Origin: Chrysomallon squamiferum
Lineage: Eukaryota > Animalia > Mollusca
Assembly: GCA_012295275.1 (NCBI GenBank)
Contig: CM022665.1
Coordinates: 45,942,001-46,006,000 of the forward strand
Length of the DNA: 64,000 nt
Direction: 5' to 3'
Position 1 is the first letter of the stretch; every line of letters begins with the position of its first letter. The translations under genes and the position numbers were made by a program. Of this stretch, positions 45,642 through 59,000 are shown piece by piece. The notes beneath the pieces are model-generated. The model was not told the DNA's origin and searched no databases. It was given only the letters and a program-made list of their open reading frames with translations.

Positions 45642-46649
45642 TATTTTTTTTATGCAAGTAACTGAATCTGTACGATTTTTTCATTTGTTCTATCCGTTAA
45701 GCAATGATATTTTTTTATTATTATTATTATTATTTTTTTTTTTTGAATAGTTTATTACTCAGTATTCATCTTCTTGGTCATATATTGTCAATGGTCTAAC
45801 AATAAGGTGAAAATGGTTCAAAACGCCAGTTTCAGTTTCTGAAGATAGGCTTGTTTACACCTTTGTATTTGGAAGTCAAATGGTAGATGTGCCTGTTGTC
45901 AAAGTTACTTAATCCAACAAATGACGTCACACAAACGTCAGTTTTCGTATCCTTTTTCTAATAAGCAATGACTCATTTATATTTTTGATTATAGTCATCT
46001 TGTTTTAATGTGAGAAATAATAAACTATCCATAACGTAATTTAAAACTGCACGTAATTAGCAAAGCTAACGTATTTTTGTAACTGTCAAATGAAGATGTA
46101 TTCTGTACCAATTAAAAGAAAACGTATCCTAAATGTAGAAATAATATTTTTATTTATTTATTTATTATTATTATTATTTTTTTATTTATTTATTTATTTT
46201 TTTATTTTTATTTTTTGATGATATTATAATAGTGTAAAAGATATCTCGCATCAAAAGTTTTTAAAAAACCATTTTCCATGTATATCAAATTTTGACGCTT
46301 ATTTTTGTTTTAAAAATCAACCTTAAGTCACCAACAACTTATTTCAAAAGTTATCTTTATCAAATTAACATTATTTACGAAGACCTTAATATAGATAGCC
46401 TTACTGAGTTGAAAATTATTTTTTTAAGCCTGTTTCAATTGATAGATCAAAAATGAGATCATTCCTGAGTAAGAGTTGTCGTTTGTGAACAGGTAATTTT
46501 TCTATCATTTTGATGTTTGCTACTGCAGAGATGTTATTTTTCACTAAATCGGGCTAGTATCTCTTCACTTCAAATGGCTATTAAACAATGGCAAATTAGG
46601 GTAACTATTTTCAGGTTTGGAATTGGCCATTGCAAAAAAAGAATAATAA

Positions 46650-46695
<46 letters not shown>

Positions 46696-46819
46696 AAAAA
46701 AAATAATAAATAAATAAATAAATAAATAAATAGCGAGTCTCTATTGACCGTTAGCACTGTTAAAGTAATATTACGTTCACGTTAAATTTGAAAATAGTGC
46801 TAAATTTCAGGAATTTGCA

Positions 46820-47070
46820 GTACATTCCTTGCTCACGATATCGCGGCATTTACACGTTTGCGGTTTCGCACGCCATAGTGTCTCCCTGGTGACACGTTTA
46901 TTAATAGAAATCTGATGACAGACACTTACAATACACGCATACACTTCTGCCCTGACAGCTCTCCGACTGTCGTCTGGTTGTTGACCAGTTTCATTAAAAC
47001 GCGCGACTTCTACAAAAGTATGGAAACTTTTAAGGGCCATGCCCACATTTATCGACAATTGAAACAACAC
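46820..47070. promoter_or_regulatory. CpG-rich unique block, candidate promoter/first non-coding exon
   Basis: Local cluster of CpG and CGCG with a minus-strand GTAAGT donor at ~46928-46923, just before the CpG-depleted zone. Function is inferred only. Confidence 0.25.
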
Positions 47071-47646
47071 GCATAACTTTTAATGTGTTATATTTAGAAT
47101 TATTGAAAAAAAGGTTTAATCTAAGGGGCTGCTGTAGCATTGTGAAATGGGCTAAATGCTACTTCTGTCCTCACTGGACACACTTAATATATTGCTCTAA
47201 AGTCAGAGAGTTGAGGCTTGGTGGTAATTTTAAATGTCCACACTGTCTTGCAGAAGAAGAATAATTAGTATTATCGTCTTTTCCATTGGAAAACGAAACA
47301 TTTTAAGCTGACTTTTCTTCGTTCTTGTGTTGAATGTGTGTACAAAAACAAACAAACCCCCCCCCCCACAAACAATTTTGACCCGTACGGTCCACCGTAT
47401 TGTAACGATTTGCGATTTACCGCCATATTGTTGTAACCTCCTTTGAAAGGATGCCATGTGCTATGGTATACTTTCATAAACTGTTTTTATGTTTTAACTG
47501 CATTTATTTGTTAACACAATGTCATGGACATGATGCAGATATAGCAAACATTGCAACCCAAGTATATTTACCATCATGTACGTAAGTATGTTTTTACTTC
47601 TTCCAAATAGTTTAAGTACCGCGATATCGTGGTTCCCCTGTATGTG

Positions 47647-47684
<38 letters not shown>

Positions 47685-48949
47685 GTTTCTCTTGTTACCG
47701 GGTTCGTACAATTTATATGCATATATAAACCATTTTTATTAAATGAAACCGAAGTTTTTCAACTCTTTCTCTACAAATTATTTTCATACATCATTTGTTA
47801 ATATTATCACTATTTATGACATTAAGGCTGTGGAGCAGTGTTTTTGCTACAAACTAGTTTCAGTATTTAGACGTTACGCTATCAGTTCGAATCAGTTTGA
47901 ATAACTGTATGAATATTAAAAAAAAATAAAATAAAACGTTTATGATTATTTAGGTACGCCCTTGAATATATTCCCATAGCAAACCTCCATAGCTTTTACA
48001 TTAAATTTTTATTTAAAAATTAAAAAAAAAATATATATAAAAAAATCCACATAGAGTAAATAAATAAAAATGATAATTATATAAAAATTTCAGTGGATGA
48101 TACAGAAGCAAGAATGCTTGCCTCAAATAGAGAAATAAATGATTAATTAGAAGTACAGTTTCTCTGTTACATGTAAAACAGGCAGTACCAATTTTAAAAA
48201 GAAAAGAACAAAATGCAGTTTTTAAACGTCAGTTTTATTTTTCACAGTGGAAATGTATGAAAATTATTTGATAACTTTTCCTTTTATATTATCTGTCAGG
48301 ATTCCATTAAAAGTGTTTAAGTGAAAACCTTAACTGTGACATCCCTGTTTGTCATATATATGGGAATAATCCATTTGTCTTGAGATGCTTTTCCATCTGA
48401 AAAAAACAACAATAAAACAATAAAAAAAATAAATAAAAAATAAAACAAGAAAATTAAATAATAGTAATAAGAAGAAGTAGTAGTTAATTATATTCATTAT
48501 GTTCTTTAGGAAACTATAAGTTATCAATCATTGTAACAAAAAAAATGAAGAATTTATAAAAACAACACAAATTACTCTGATGTGATGGGAAAATTTAATG
48601 AATCAATTCTTTACACAGACCATTCCATATCTGTTTCATCAAAGTTTACAATACAAGTCTTTCTGTCTTTTGGAAGATGTTTGAGAAATATTTATTCTTG
48701 TAACAGAAAAGTCAATGGAGTGACTGCAATACATCTCCTCTCTATTATTAATCCTCAACTAGATAAAAGACTTCAGTTAGTCATTTTCATTTACTTACTG
48801 TGGGGTTTTTTTCTTCCAAGATTTAAGTTTTCTACGGATAATCTGCCTCTGTGACATCTTCTGCTGGACATTTAGAACAATGCTGATGTTCCCAAACTGG
48901 AACTATTCATCCAGAATGATCTTTAAAACCATTCCTTCCTGTATGCTGT

Positions 48950-49447
48950 CTGTCCTTCCTGTAATTAAAATATGGAACACACCATTACAACTCTCCTCCC
49001 TGTATCAAAATGTGAAATAAACTATTACAACTCTCTTCCCGGTATTAAAATGTGAAATAAACTACTACAATATGTTTCCCTGTATCAGAAAGTGAAATAA
49101 ATTGTTATGAGGTCTCATTCTTTATCAAAATGTGAAATAAACTATTACAATACTTCTCCCTGTATCATAATGTGAAATATACTATTAGAACACTTCTCCC
49201 TGTATCAGAATGTGAAATATACTATTACAACACTTCTCCCTGTATCAGAATGTGAAATATACTATTATAAGGCCCTCTCTGCATCAGAATGTGAAATAAA
49301 CTATTACAACACTTCTCCCTGTATCAGAATGTGAAATATACTATTATAAGGCCTCTCTGTATCAGAATGTGAAATAAACTATTACAATACTTCTCCCTGT
49401 ATCAGAATGTGAAATAAACTATTATAAGGCTTCTCTCTGTATCAAAA
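48950..49447. repeat. 39-40-bp minisatellite, ~12 units
   Basis: Unit ACTATTACAACACTTCTCCCTGTATCAGAATGTGAAATAA/T, with an interspersed variant ACTATTATAAGGCCTCTCTG. Period 40 is visible at 49141, 49181, 49221 and 49261. Confidence 0.92.
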
Positions 49448-51235
49448 TATACACAGTATCAAGTAACTTGATTATTTTCAACATTTACTATAAATTCAGT
49501 TTGATTATGTAAACTTTTTATAAAACATTGACAATTAAAAGAGAACCAATTAACTAGCTAGATGAATTAAACATACATTACCATATTCGTTTCAATGTAA
49601 TCATTTCTGCTCAATTTCCATATTTGGTTTTGTCTTCTTTGTGACACCATTTTATTCTTCACTGTTTTAAGCACCACATGAAATCTATAAATATAAAAAC
49701 TATTTCTATTAACACTTTAATCCCATGTCCATTTTTTTGTTTTGTTATTGTTTTTTTTTTTAAAGTATTCTTTTTTCATTTACTTAATTATTTTTCTTTA
49801 AATCACAAAAAAAAAGAAGAAAAATATATACCCCATCTGAAAGATGTATATATATATAGTTTTCAATTTGAGTTTGAAATCAGCTATATACAGCAGTTTC
49901 AGATATTTAAAGAGCTGAATGAATGTTGTTTAAAATCAAAATCTGCATTAATGTATATTAGGTAGAAATTTATTAACATAATAAATGAACTTTACCTAAT
50001 ATTAGTTACAGTAAGTTTAAAAATAATTGTAAAATAAAAAAAAACATGTATATAAATAATAGTAAAAATAATAATAAAAATAATAATAAATAAATAATAA
50101 ATTAAAAATAATTAGTTGTTTTTAAAATATATTATATTTAGTCTTGTACATATATTTAACCATTTTATTTGAGGGAAAGTTTTAAAAATTACTCATATGT
50201 TATGTTAATACTTACCTAATTTCTTGATATATATACACATACAACATGAAATTCTTGTGTTCAAATTTGAATATGAGAATAAATTAATACCAATAAATAA
50301 CCTCAGCTAACTGAATGAACAAAACACTCACTAACCTACATGGTAAATGGTGTTTTTTCTTTCTCTTATTGTATCATTAAGACTTATCTCATACAAGAGT
50401 CTGGCAAACAGTCATTTTCACTTCATCAACTGTCATTCATTCACTGACTGACGACAAAGGCTTTATTTTTCACCCAATGATCTACAAACAGTCATTACCG
50501 TTTCATCCAAATGTGCATATATACACACACACACACACACACTACCTACCTTTGTTAAACAAAATGCTGCCTTTTTTTATTTCTAGATGAAGTTTCTTTA
50601 AAAATATATGCACACACAACTCAAACACGCACACAAATGAAAAAGAAAAATGTATTTAAGTCAAGATTATTTATTTTAAAATGAGATAATGAAGAGAAGG
50701 AAATTATAGTTAAAATAAAAAATATAGATATTACAAAGTGTGAAAAATGTGTAGTATTAAGAGAGATTTAGTATTAGTTTGAACATGGTAAATAAAACTA
50801 AATATAAAAATGTATCTGGGTTATAAATAAGATAAATACAACATTTTGAACACTTTATTTGCAGATAATAAAATTTAAAGTGGATTTCTATAAAACATTC
50901 CTGAAGCTTTTCATTTTCTCTGAAGGGAGAAATACCTTGATGACAAAGTGACATCTAGCCTGATGGCTTCTAAGATCAAAGCCCAGTTCTGACAATGTGC
51001 TATATGACAGACATAACTGAAACAAGAATACACTTGGTTTTGAGAGAGAGAATAAATTCTGATGACACCTGCCCCAAAAAGCTGATTGCATCTTTGACAG
51101 TGCATGTTTATTACATACAATATCTTTATAAACTAGAAAAAGAAAATAACCAATATGACCAGTAATAAACCACTTTTGGGGTTGGGGGGTTGTTTTGTTT
51201 TTAACCTTATTTTTATTTTTAATTAATTATTATTA

Positions 51236-51304
<69 letters not shown>

Positions 51305-52861
51305 CACGGTAATTAGTATTGAATTAATAAATTCTAGAAATTAAAAAAATAAAAAAAAAATGAAATCATTCTTCTGAAATGATTTTAAAAAACCTTCTCT
51401 AAAGTGTCAAATACACTTTTAACTTTTCTCCTGAAAGAAAATATACCAAGTGTTAAGTAGTGGGGGTTCTTGTCTCTGTTAATAACATCAAAGATTTTTA
51501 TAGATGTACCTCAGTTTACAAAATATACAGACTTAGCCCACTTTCAACCAATTGGACAAACTGAAAATGGCTTCAGCATTAGATTGTTATATACTCAGGC
51601 ATTCCGTATTGCAAAAATGAAAGATAGGAAGATACTTGCAGCAATACCCTTCTGAAAAATATGTGTAATATTTAAGTAGGGCAAACATTCAGATAACTGT
51701 TGTAATAACACAATGCTTCTCGATCTGTCACAAACATGTGTAACCATTTTCATTTAATAAAACTCAGCTTTAAAAACAATACAGATAAAACAAAAAAAAA
51801 AATTAAAATTATAAACAAATAAATAATAAAAAATATAGTTCAGAGTAAAATTTGAAAAAGAAATAACAGAAAACATTAGGAAGAAAAATAAAATTTAAAT
51901 GTACAAATAAATAAATAAAAAATTCCAACCACTGTAATAATAATAATAATAATAAATAATAATAATGACAGTAAATTTATAAGTAACTGAAATAATACAC
52001 TGAAGATTCAGAAATGTTGTATGGTAGTAAATATGTATTGCCCTACCCAAATGTTTTCAATTTTAATTTAAATTGAATTAGTTTGAACATTAGTCATTGG
52101 TAACACAAATTATTCCAGAATGGTGTGTGAAGTGTAAGACAGATGTTTTAACAAAACTGATTAATTAAAAAATTTTTAAATTCTCAGAACAGTGAATGGA
52201 AGAGTAACAGAGAATAAATAATGTTACCTTCATTTAACATGCAATATAGATAGTAAACTGAACCATATTAAACACCTAACTTAACCTAGCTCCACAAAAA
52301 AAGATTATCCTTCAGATATGTATAATAAGTTCAAAGTTCAGTGGAACTGTGATATTATAAATACAAAGGAAATTACATGTGTGACATAATTATCTTATTA
52401 TGAAGTAATAATAATAATAATTAACAGTGAACAAGATTAGCAGAATATATCAATTTTTTTCTTGCTTACATTTCTTAAAATACCTTCCCATGCAGTTTCC
52501 AGGATGTTATGTGAACATACAGTCATGATGTGAGATATTTAAATACTTGCAGTTGTGCGGGGAAAATAACATAAGCAGAAAATGACAATGACATGAAACT
52601 GGAAGACTCTTATGATTCATATGTCAGAGTTGTTATATTATGAATGATAGTAATAACTAAATGTTTAACATTCAAACTTATAAATATAATTTCTTGCCAG
52701 GTTAGAAACGAAACTATATCAGAAGGATATATACAAAATGCTATTTGATCGTAACATCAAAGTAACACTTTCAGAATAACGTTTTTTTTTTTTTTTTTTT
52801 AAATTATCTCATTTTCTCTCCTTGTTTCCCCTCCTCCACCCCCCCTCTCTCTCTCTCTGAT

Positions 52862-52894
<33 letters not shown>

Positions 52895-53236
52895 GTATCT
52901 GTACAGAGTGAACTTGTTGTAGTTCTCATCTTCTCAGATGATCTAAATGAAAAGAACACTTCACTTGTAGATTAGTGCACACCTATATATGAAATAAATT
53001 AAACAGATACATATATATATATATATTAATACATATAACAAATGCTAAATAAATGGTATATTTTATGAAATGATGTAAAAATTAACCTTTTTCCCCATCA
53101 CTTGTGTTTTTTGTTTGTTTCTGCTTTTTATGTGTACATGTTGATTTTAATTGCAAAATAATTTTTGTATTTTTTAATTCATGTCTTGTTTGCTTGAATG
53201 TTTCAGAAAGAGAATGGCAATAATAAATAAGTGTAA

Positions 53237-53293
<57 letters not shown>

Positions 53294-53519
53294 AATGGTA
53301 TACAAATAAACTTAGTTTACAAATAATCAATGGATATTTGTGGACAAAACAAAAAATACACAAAACAATACAAAGCCTAAACTGACACAAAATCTTTAAA
53401 ACATTGGAAATAAAAACAGGAAAAAATTTACCAAATTATCTGTGTATGAAAAGCAAAATAGTTCATATATGTAATTTTTTAAATTTTGATTCAATAAAAC
53501 ATTGCAGTCACACTGTATA

Positions 53520-54030
53520 ACTAAGTTCTAAAATGTATTTTTACTTGCTAACGTTATTACATTAACATGTTACTCCACATTGTATCTCTAAGTTATAAAA
53601 TGTAATATTTTATATTTTACTTGCTAAGGTTTTACATTAAAATAAATATCTGTCACTCCATTGTTCTAGTATGTGATACATACATATATATAATATATAT
53701 ACACACACATATATATATATTGCCAAAGTTATTACATTAATATAAATTGTTGTCATTCCATTATTTGACTAAGTTATAAAATGTAATATATATATATATT
53801 TTTTTACTTGCTAAAATTATTACATTAATATAAATTGTTAAAATGTAATATATATATATCATTCCACATTAAAATTAAATTATATAAATTGTTGTCATTC
53901 CACATTGACTAAATTACAAAATGTGTTTTTGAATTTTTTTTTTTTTAACTTTCTAAAGATATTACATTAATATAAATTGTTGAAACTACACTGTACAACT
54001 AATTTACAAAATGTAAGAGTTAATTTTCTT
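53520..54030. repeat. Degenerate AT-rich ~70-90-bp tandem repeat, ~6 units
   Basis: Recurrent CTAAGTTATAAAATGTAAT...TTTTACTTGCTAA.GTTATTACATTAATATAAATTGTTGTCATTCCAC. Confidence 0.75.
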
Positions 54031-55059
54031 AGCTGCTACAGAATTATGCAAATAGTATTAAGTACAAAAAAATTATCTGTTTTCTTCTCATTGCAGGATG
54101 GGAGACAAAGAGATTTTAAGAAGAAAAACAAAATGGAAATAATTAAATCAGTAATCCTTTATATTTTGATGTCTTGAAACATCCTAAAGGAAACAAAATT
54201 AATTAGGTAAACAACCATTATGAAGAATGTCACAGTAAGTTGGGGTAAGATGTTTTGTTTTTTACAAAATGACACTGATTCAAGCTCTGCTCTGAAGCAA
54301 AACACAGTGAACAAGGTAACAATTTAAGACAACAGGTAGCAGTAATTCACTTAAATATTTTACCATATTCATCATTATTTGATCACTTATATACCAGTAC
54401 CAGTTTCCACTTCAAATCACCATCTGTGTCTGGTGCTGTCAACTTCATCTTCTCCTTTGATCAAGATGATGTGTCTGACAGTTTCTTAAAAACTACTAAA
54501 AAAAGAAGTCAGCACATAATTGTAAAATGAAATCAACTGAGAAAAGTCATGATGCTGAGAATGAAATAGTTACAAGAAGTTAGTTGTTATTCCTTTTATT
54601 ATTATCAACATTAAGGGGGGGGGGGTGTTTTTTTTTTATGGGAGAGTTTTTAAATATTTTATCTTCACACAAACACACACAGCACACAGAGAGACAAATC
54701 AAACACACCCAGCCTGATTTAATAACAACACAATAAAATTATCCATGATACAAGGTAAATAGATTTATTGATTGCTAGTTTTTGGTTCTTTATTGTTTTC
54801 TCTTCTAAAAAAAAAAAAAAAAAAAGCATTGTTGTACATCTTACAGGCTGTTTTCATTCCATTTCCACAGCTGTTAATGACAGCAATAGGTGATGAAGTA
54901 CAAGCCTGTTTTCTCAAACAAAATAAAATAAAATAAAATAAAATAAAATAAATAAATACTAATAAAAATGTTATAAAATTTAGAATAATGAAAATAACCT
55001 ACAGTATCTCATTAAAGAAAAGATTATCAACTATCCCAAATCATAGCAAATTTAGTACA

Positions 55060-55131
<72 letters not shown>

Positions 55132-55269
55132 GAGATTCCACCCACCCACCCCCTTCTGTATCAATAGAAACAAAAGTATTGATTAGAAATTCTTCTTTCA
55201 AAGGTTTCCAATTATTATAAAATTGCCCAACTATTTTTTTTCTGCAGAACACACACAAAAAACATAGTA

Positions 55270-55309
<40 letters not shown>

Positions 55310-56019
55310 AATTAACAAATATAAAAATGTATGAAATACTTTTACTCTGTTTGTTCATAAAACAATGACTGGGTGACTAGTACTAAGACATTCTTTGAAC
55401 TAAGATGTGAAAATTACCTAAATTGAAACTAAAAATGTTGCTGTCCAGTTCACGTTTACCTTTTTCTGTTCTAACAGAAATCTTCAACTTGGTATAATGA
55501 AGATGATCTAATCAAACCATAAGAACATAAGAAGAAATTATTATTATTATTATTACTATTAATTTTAAAGCGATATGAACAGCAAGTACAAATTAAACAT
55601 TTGACCATAATATACTTCATACTGGTATTCAACTACCAATTTCCACAAAACAAGTAGATTAAAATGCAGACAGACAAATACAAACTGCTTTTACATTAGG
55701 TGTTCTGAAGGCCAAAGTATATACTTTTTATTAATATTCATATGATTAAAGAAACTGTTAAATTCACACACACACAGCTTGGAGAAACCAAGTTGTTTTT
55801 CAGTTGACAGAATTAGGTATTATATTCTGAAAACTGTCTCTCTTTGTAACACAAATTCAATTACACTTAATTTGAAGAAATTGTTGATAAATATCTGTTA
55901 TTTAAGAACAAATGATATGCAACATCATGAAATTTATTATGAAGCCTAACATTCATTGCTTTTGGGTACTGACACCCTAATAGAACAAAATGTTTTGAGA
56001 CACAGACAGAGACAGAGAC

Positions 56020-56057
<38 letters not shown>

Positions 56058-59000
56058 AAAAATGTTCAAAGACATTAACCATTGTCTATTCCCATCAACC
56101 AACAAGAAGAATCAAACAAACAAAAATATGTGTATCAAAATGATAAAACTATTTTATCAAGTAATAATAAATATATTAAGATTATTTGAACAAAAGATTT
56201 ATACAGAAAATATTATTAGTTTTTTTTTTTTTTTTTTATGCTTACCTTTTTTGTTGTTTTTAAAAAATAATAAATAAATAAAATCTCTTTTAAGTTAATA
56301 GCACTTGAAGATGTGTTGGACAACTCAAGAATTCTGCTGCTTGTTATCTCTTGTAACTGTTTTCCTCTGGTTTGACATCTGAAATAAACTCTTAGTATCC
56401 CACCTCTGAAGTACCAGTGAAACACACACATAAAACATTTTTCTTGAGACCAGTATATTCAGTAGTACTGCATACTCTACTTACAAGAAAACAACAAATT
56501 TCTATTCAATTCATTCTGGAAATTAAGATAGATAAAAACAAACAACTTAACTTGTATTGAAGAGAAATATATTTGTGTGTGCATTTTTTTATGCAATTAT
56601 GTGAAATTATGCTATCGTTTTTCTTTTATAAACTGGAATTTCAACACTGATAATATTTTTAAAAACCACCATGACTTAACTGGCAATACAAACATAAAAT
56701 ATTAAAATAAAAATCTTGTACAAAAATAATAATAATAAAAATAATAATAACAACAACAACAATAACAACAAGAACAACAACAACAACATGTTTACATTGA
56801 TTAAAATAACACAGAGTGAGAAGATGTAAGTTAACTACATGTATGTATGTTTGGGGAAATATAAAACATTTCTATGACAAAAACAAACAACTAGAGGTGA
56901 ATATATTTGAAATAGTTTCAGATGTCTAATTAATGATACTATTTGGAGGGATGCATGTTACTAGACAGAATGGATTTTTTTTTTTTTTTTTTTTTTTTTT
57001 AGTGAAATAAATGCTATGTTGTATAAACAGAAAATTATACACACATTATATACAACTTATTAGAAATTATAAACAACAGCAAATCTGAACATTAACATAA
57101 AAACTTTTTCTTTTTTTTTGAATAGTCTGACAACTTCATGTAAATTCAAGTCAATTCGATACATTGTCTTTACTGTCAAATATCTGAAAAACAAAATTCA
57201 ACAGGATCCTTACTTTTGCAATCTTTGAATCTCAAAAGAAAATTATTGGTATCAAATGAATGAAAAACATACTTCTAAACATAATTCACCATTGTGTTTT
57301 TATTTCTTTGGCCTGACTAATTCAGAATGAAAGTCAAATATCTGAAATTCACAAATCTGAAAAATAACTGATTTTTACCTCAATCAGCAGCTACTTCATT
57401 ACATTCTCAAGCTGTGTTAGTTTTATTAAGTAAATCAGTTTCAAATCTGTCTGTTCATTTCATTTTAAATCTAGATCTTAGTCATACCTGCTTAAGATGT
57501 TTCAAAGGGATGTTTTGTGGTTGGTTTCTTTCTTTTATTTCCTAGTTTTTTTTTTTTTTCTTGGTATTTTTCTCAACTACCAAATCTATAGATACTTTAC
57601 AGAAACAAACAATAACAATAACACACACACACACACAAACAAACAATAAATAAATAAATAATTACATAACTATTGAAAATCAAGAAACACCAACAGATAA
57701 AAAGAATCATCATAACAGAGATTAAATTTGTGTTAGAACACTAGATACTTTGAAAGAATTATCACACATATTAACATAAAATAAAAAACCCTGAACAGTT
57801 CAAATTACTACAACACTGATACATAATGAATTCAACAGTTGTAACAAATCATAAAATTAGTAATAATTAAGTGTGTATCGACTCATCTATTTCTTTTTTA
57901 AATAAATAAAATTATTTTCTGTTTTGTTAATTTTGAAATTATAATTTAATATTTCTTCAGTCTAATGAGAGTGTGCATGTGCAAACATAAGATAAAGAGA
58001 GAAAAAGAGAGCGAGGTAAGAAATATCACAGAATAAAGAAAATCTATTGCATTTCCCATTCACCAATTAAACCAAAACCAAGTCTTCAGTTTCACAACAA
58101 AGTGTACTGCATCTATTATAATCACTACCGAAAATATTTTATTTAAAATTTATAGCAAATTTCATTCCAATTCAACAATTAAAACAGGTACATGAACAAC
58201 AAACACAGGACATTATGAGAACAGTAACAAATGAACAAAACAAAATAAACATGACCATCAACACTATACAAAAAAACAGAAAAGCTTACACAGAACTGAT
58301 CAAACCACTTGTTCCAAGCTGATTTTCTGAAGTTCTTTAGTAGTGACAAATATTGGTAGTTTTAATACTTAACACATATTATTATTTTTGATTTTATTTA
58401 TTTATATTTTTGATTTATTTTTGTTTTGTTTTGTTTGAATGCAACAAATTACTGTTTAACCTGCTAACTGAAGAATGATATCATTTTTAAACGCAGATAT
58501 TAGACGATGTTGTTAGATCTGCAGACTGATTTTCAGAAAAAACATCTGTAACTGAAACTTGAAATATTTTTGAAATATTTTATTTTACATATTTCTTGGC
58601 ATTTTGCAGATTTGTGCACAAGCTTTAAAATCATGTTTTGCAAACTGAAGTCACTGTTTTTCAAGAGTACTACCTGAAGATCAAGTTGATAATTTTTAAA
58701 TTTATTTATACATGTCTTTTCTTTCTTTCTTTCTTTCTTTTTATTATTATTTTATTTATGATTCTTATAATTTTTTTTTTTAATTATTATTAATAAATCC
58801 CAAATTTAGCAGTTGAACAGCTATATGCAAAACCTGAAAAACCTGAAAATTTAATTTAAAAAAAAAATGTACATTTACATGTAATAATTCACATTTGGCT
58901 TCAATATTTGATACAAGCTCTCAATATCTGTTGGATGATTTAAATATACTACATTTTTTTTTAAACTATTTTTATTATTATTTATTGTCATTGCAACATA

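Noticed and set aside
46750-46803. Hairpin TTAGCACTGTT...AATAGTGCTAA as a pre-miRNA (and GTAGCATT...AATGCTAC at 47133-47163)
   Set aside because: Stems are only 8-11 bp with large loops, and I recognise no miRNA family.
54360-54900. Box C-like (RTGATG) motifs as C/D snoRNAs
   Set aside because: Could not pair a box C with a properly spaced box D and terminal stem.
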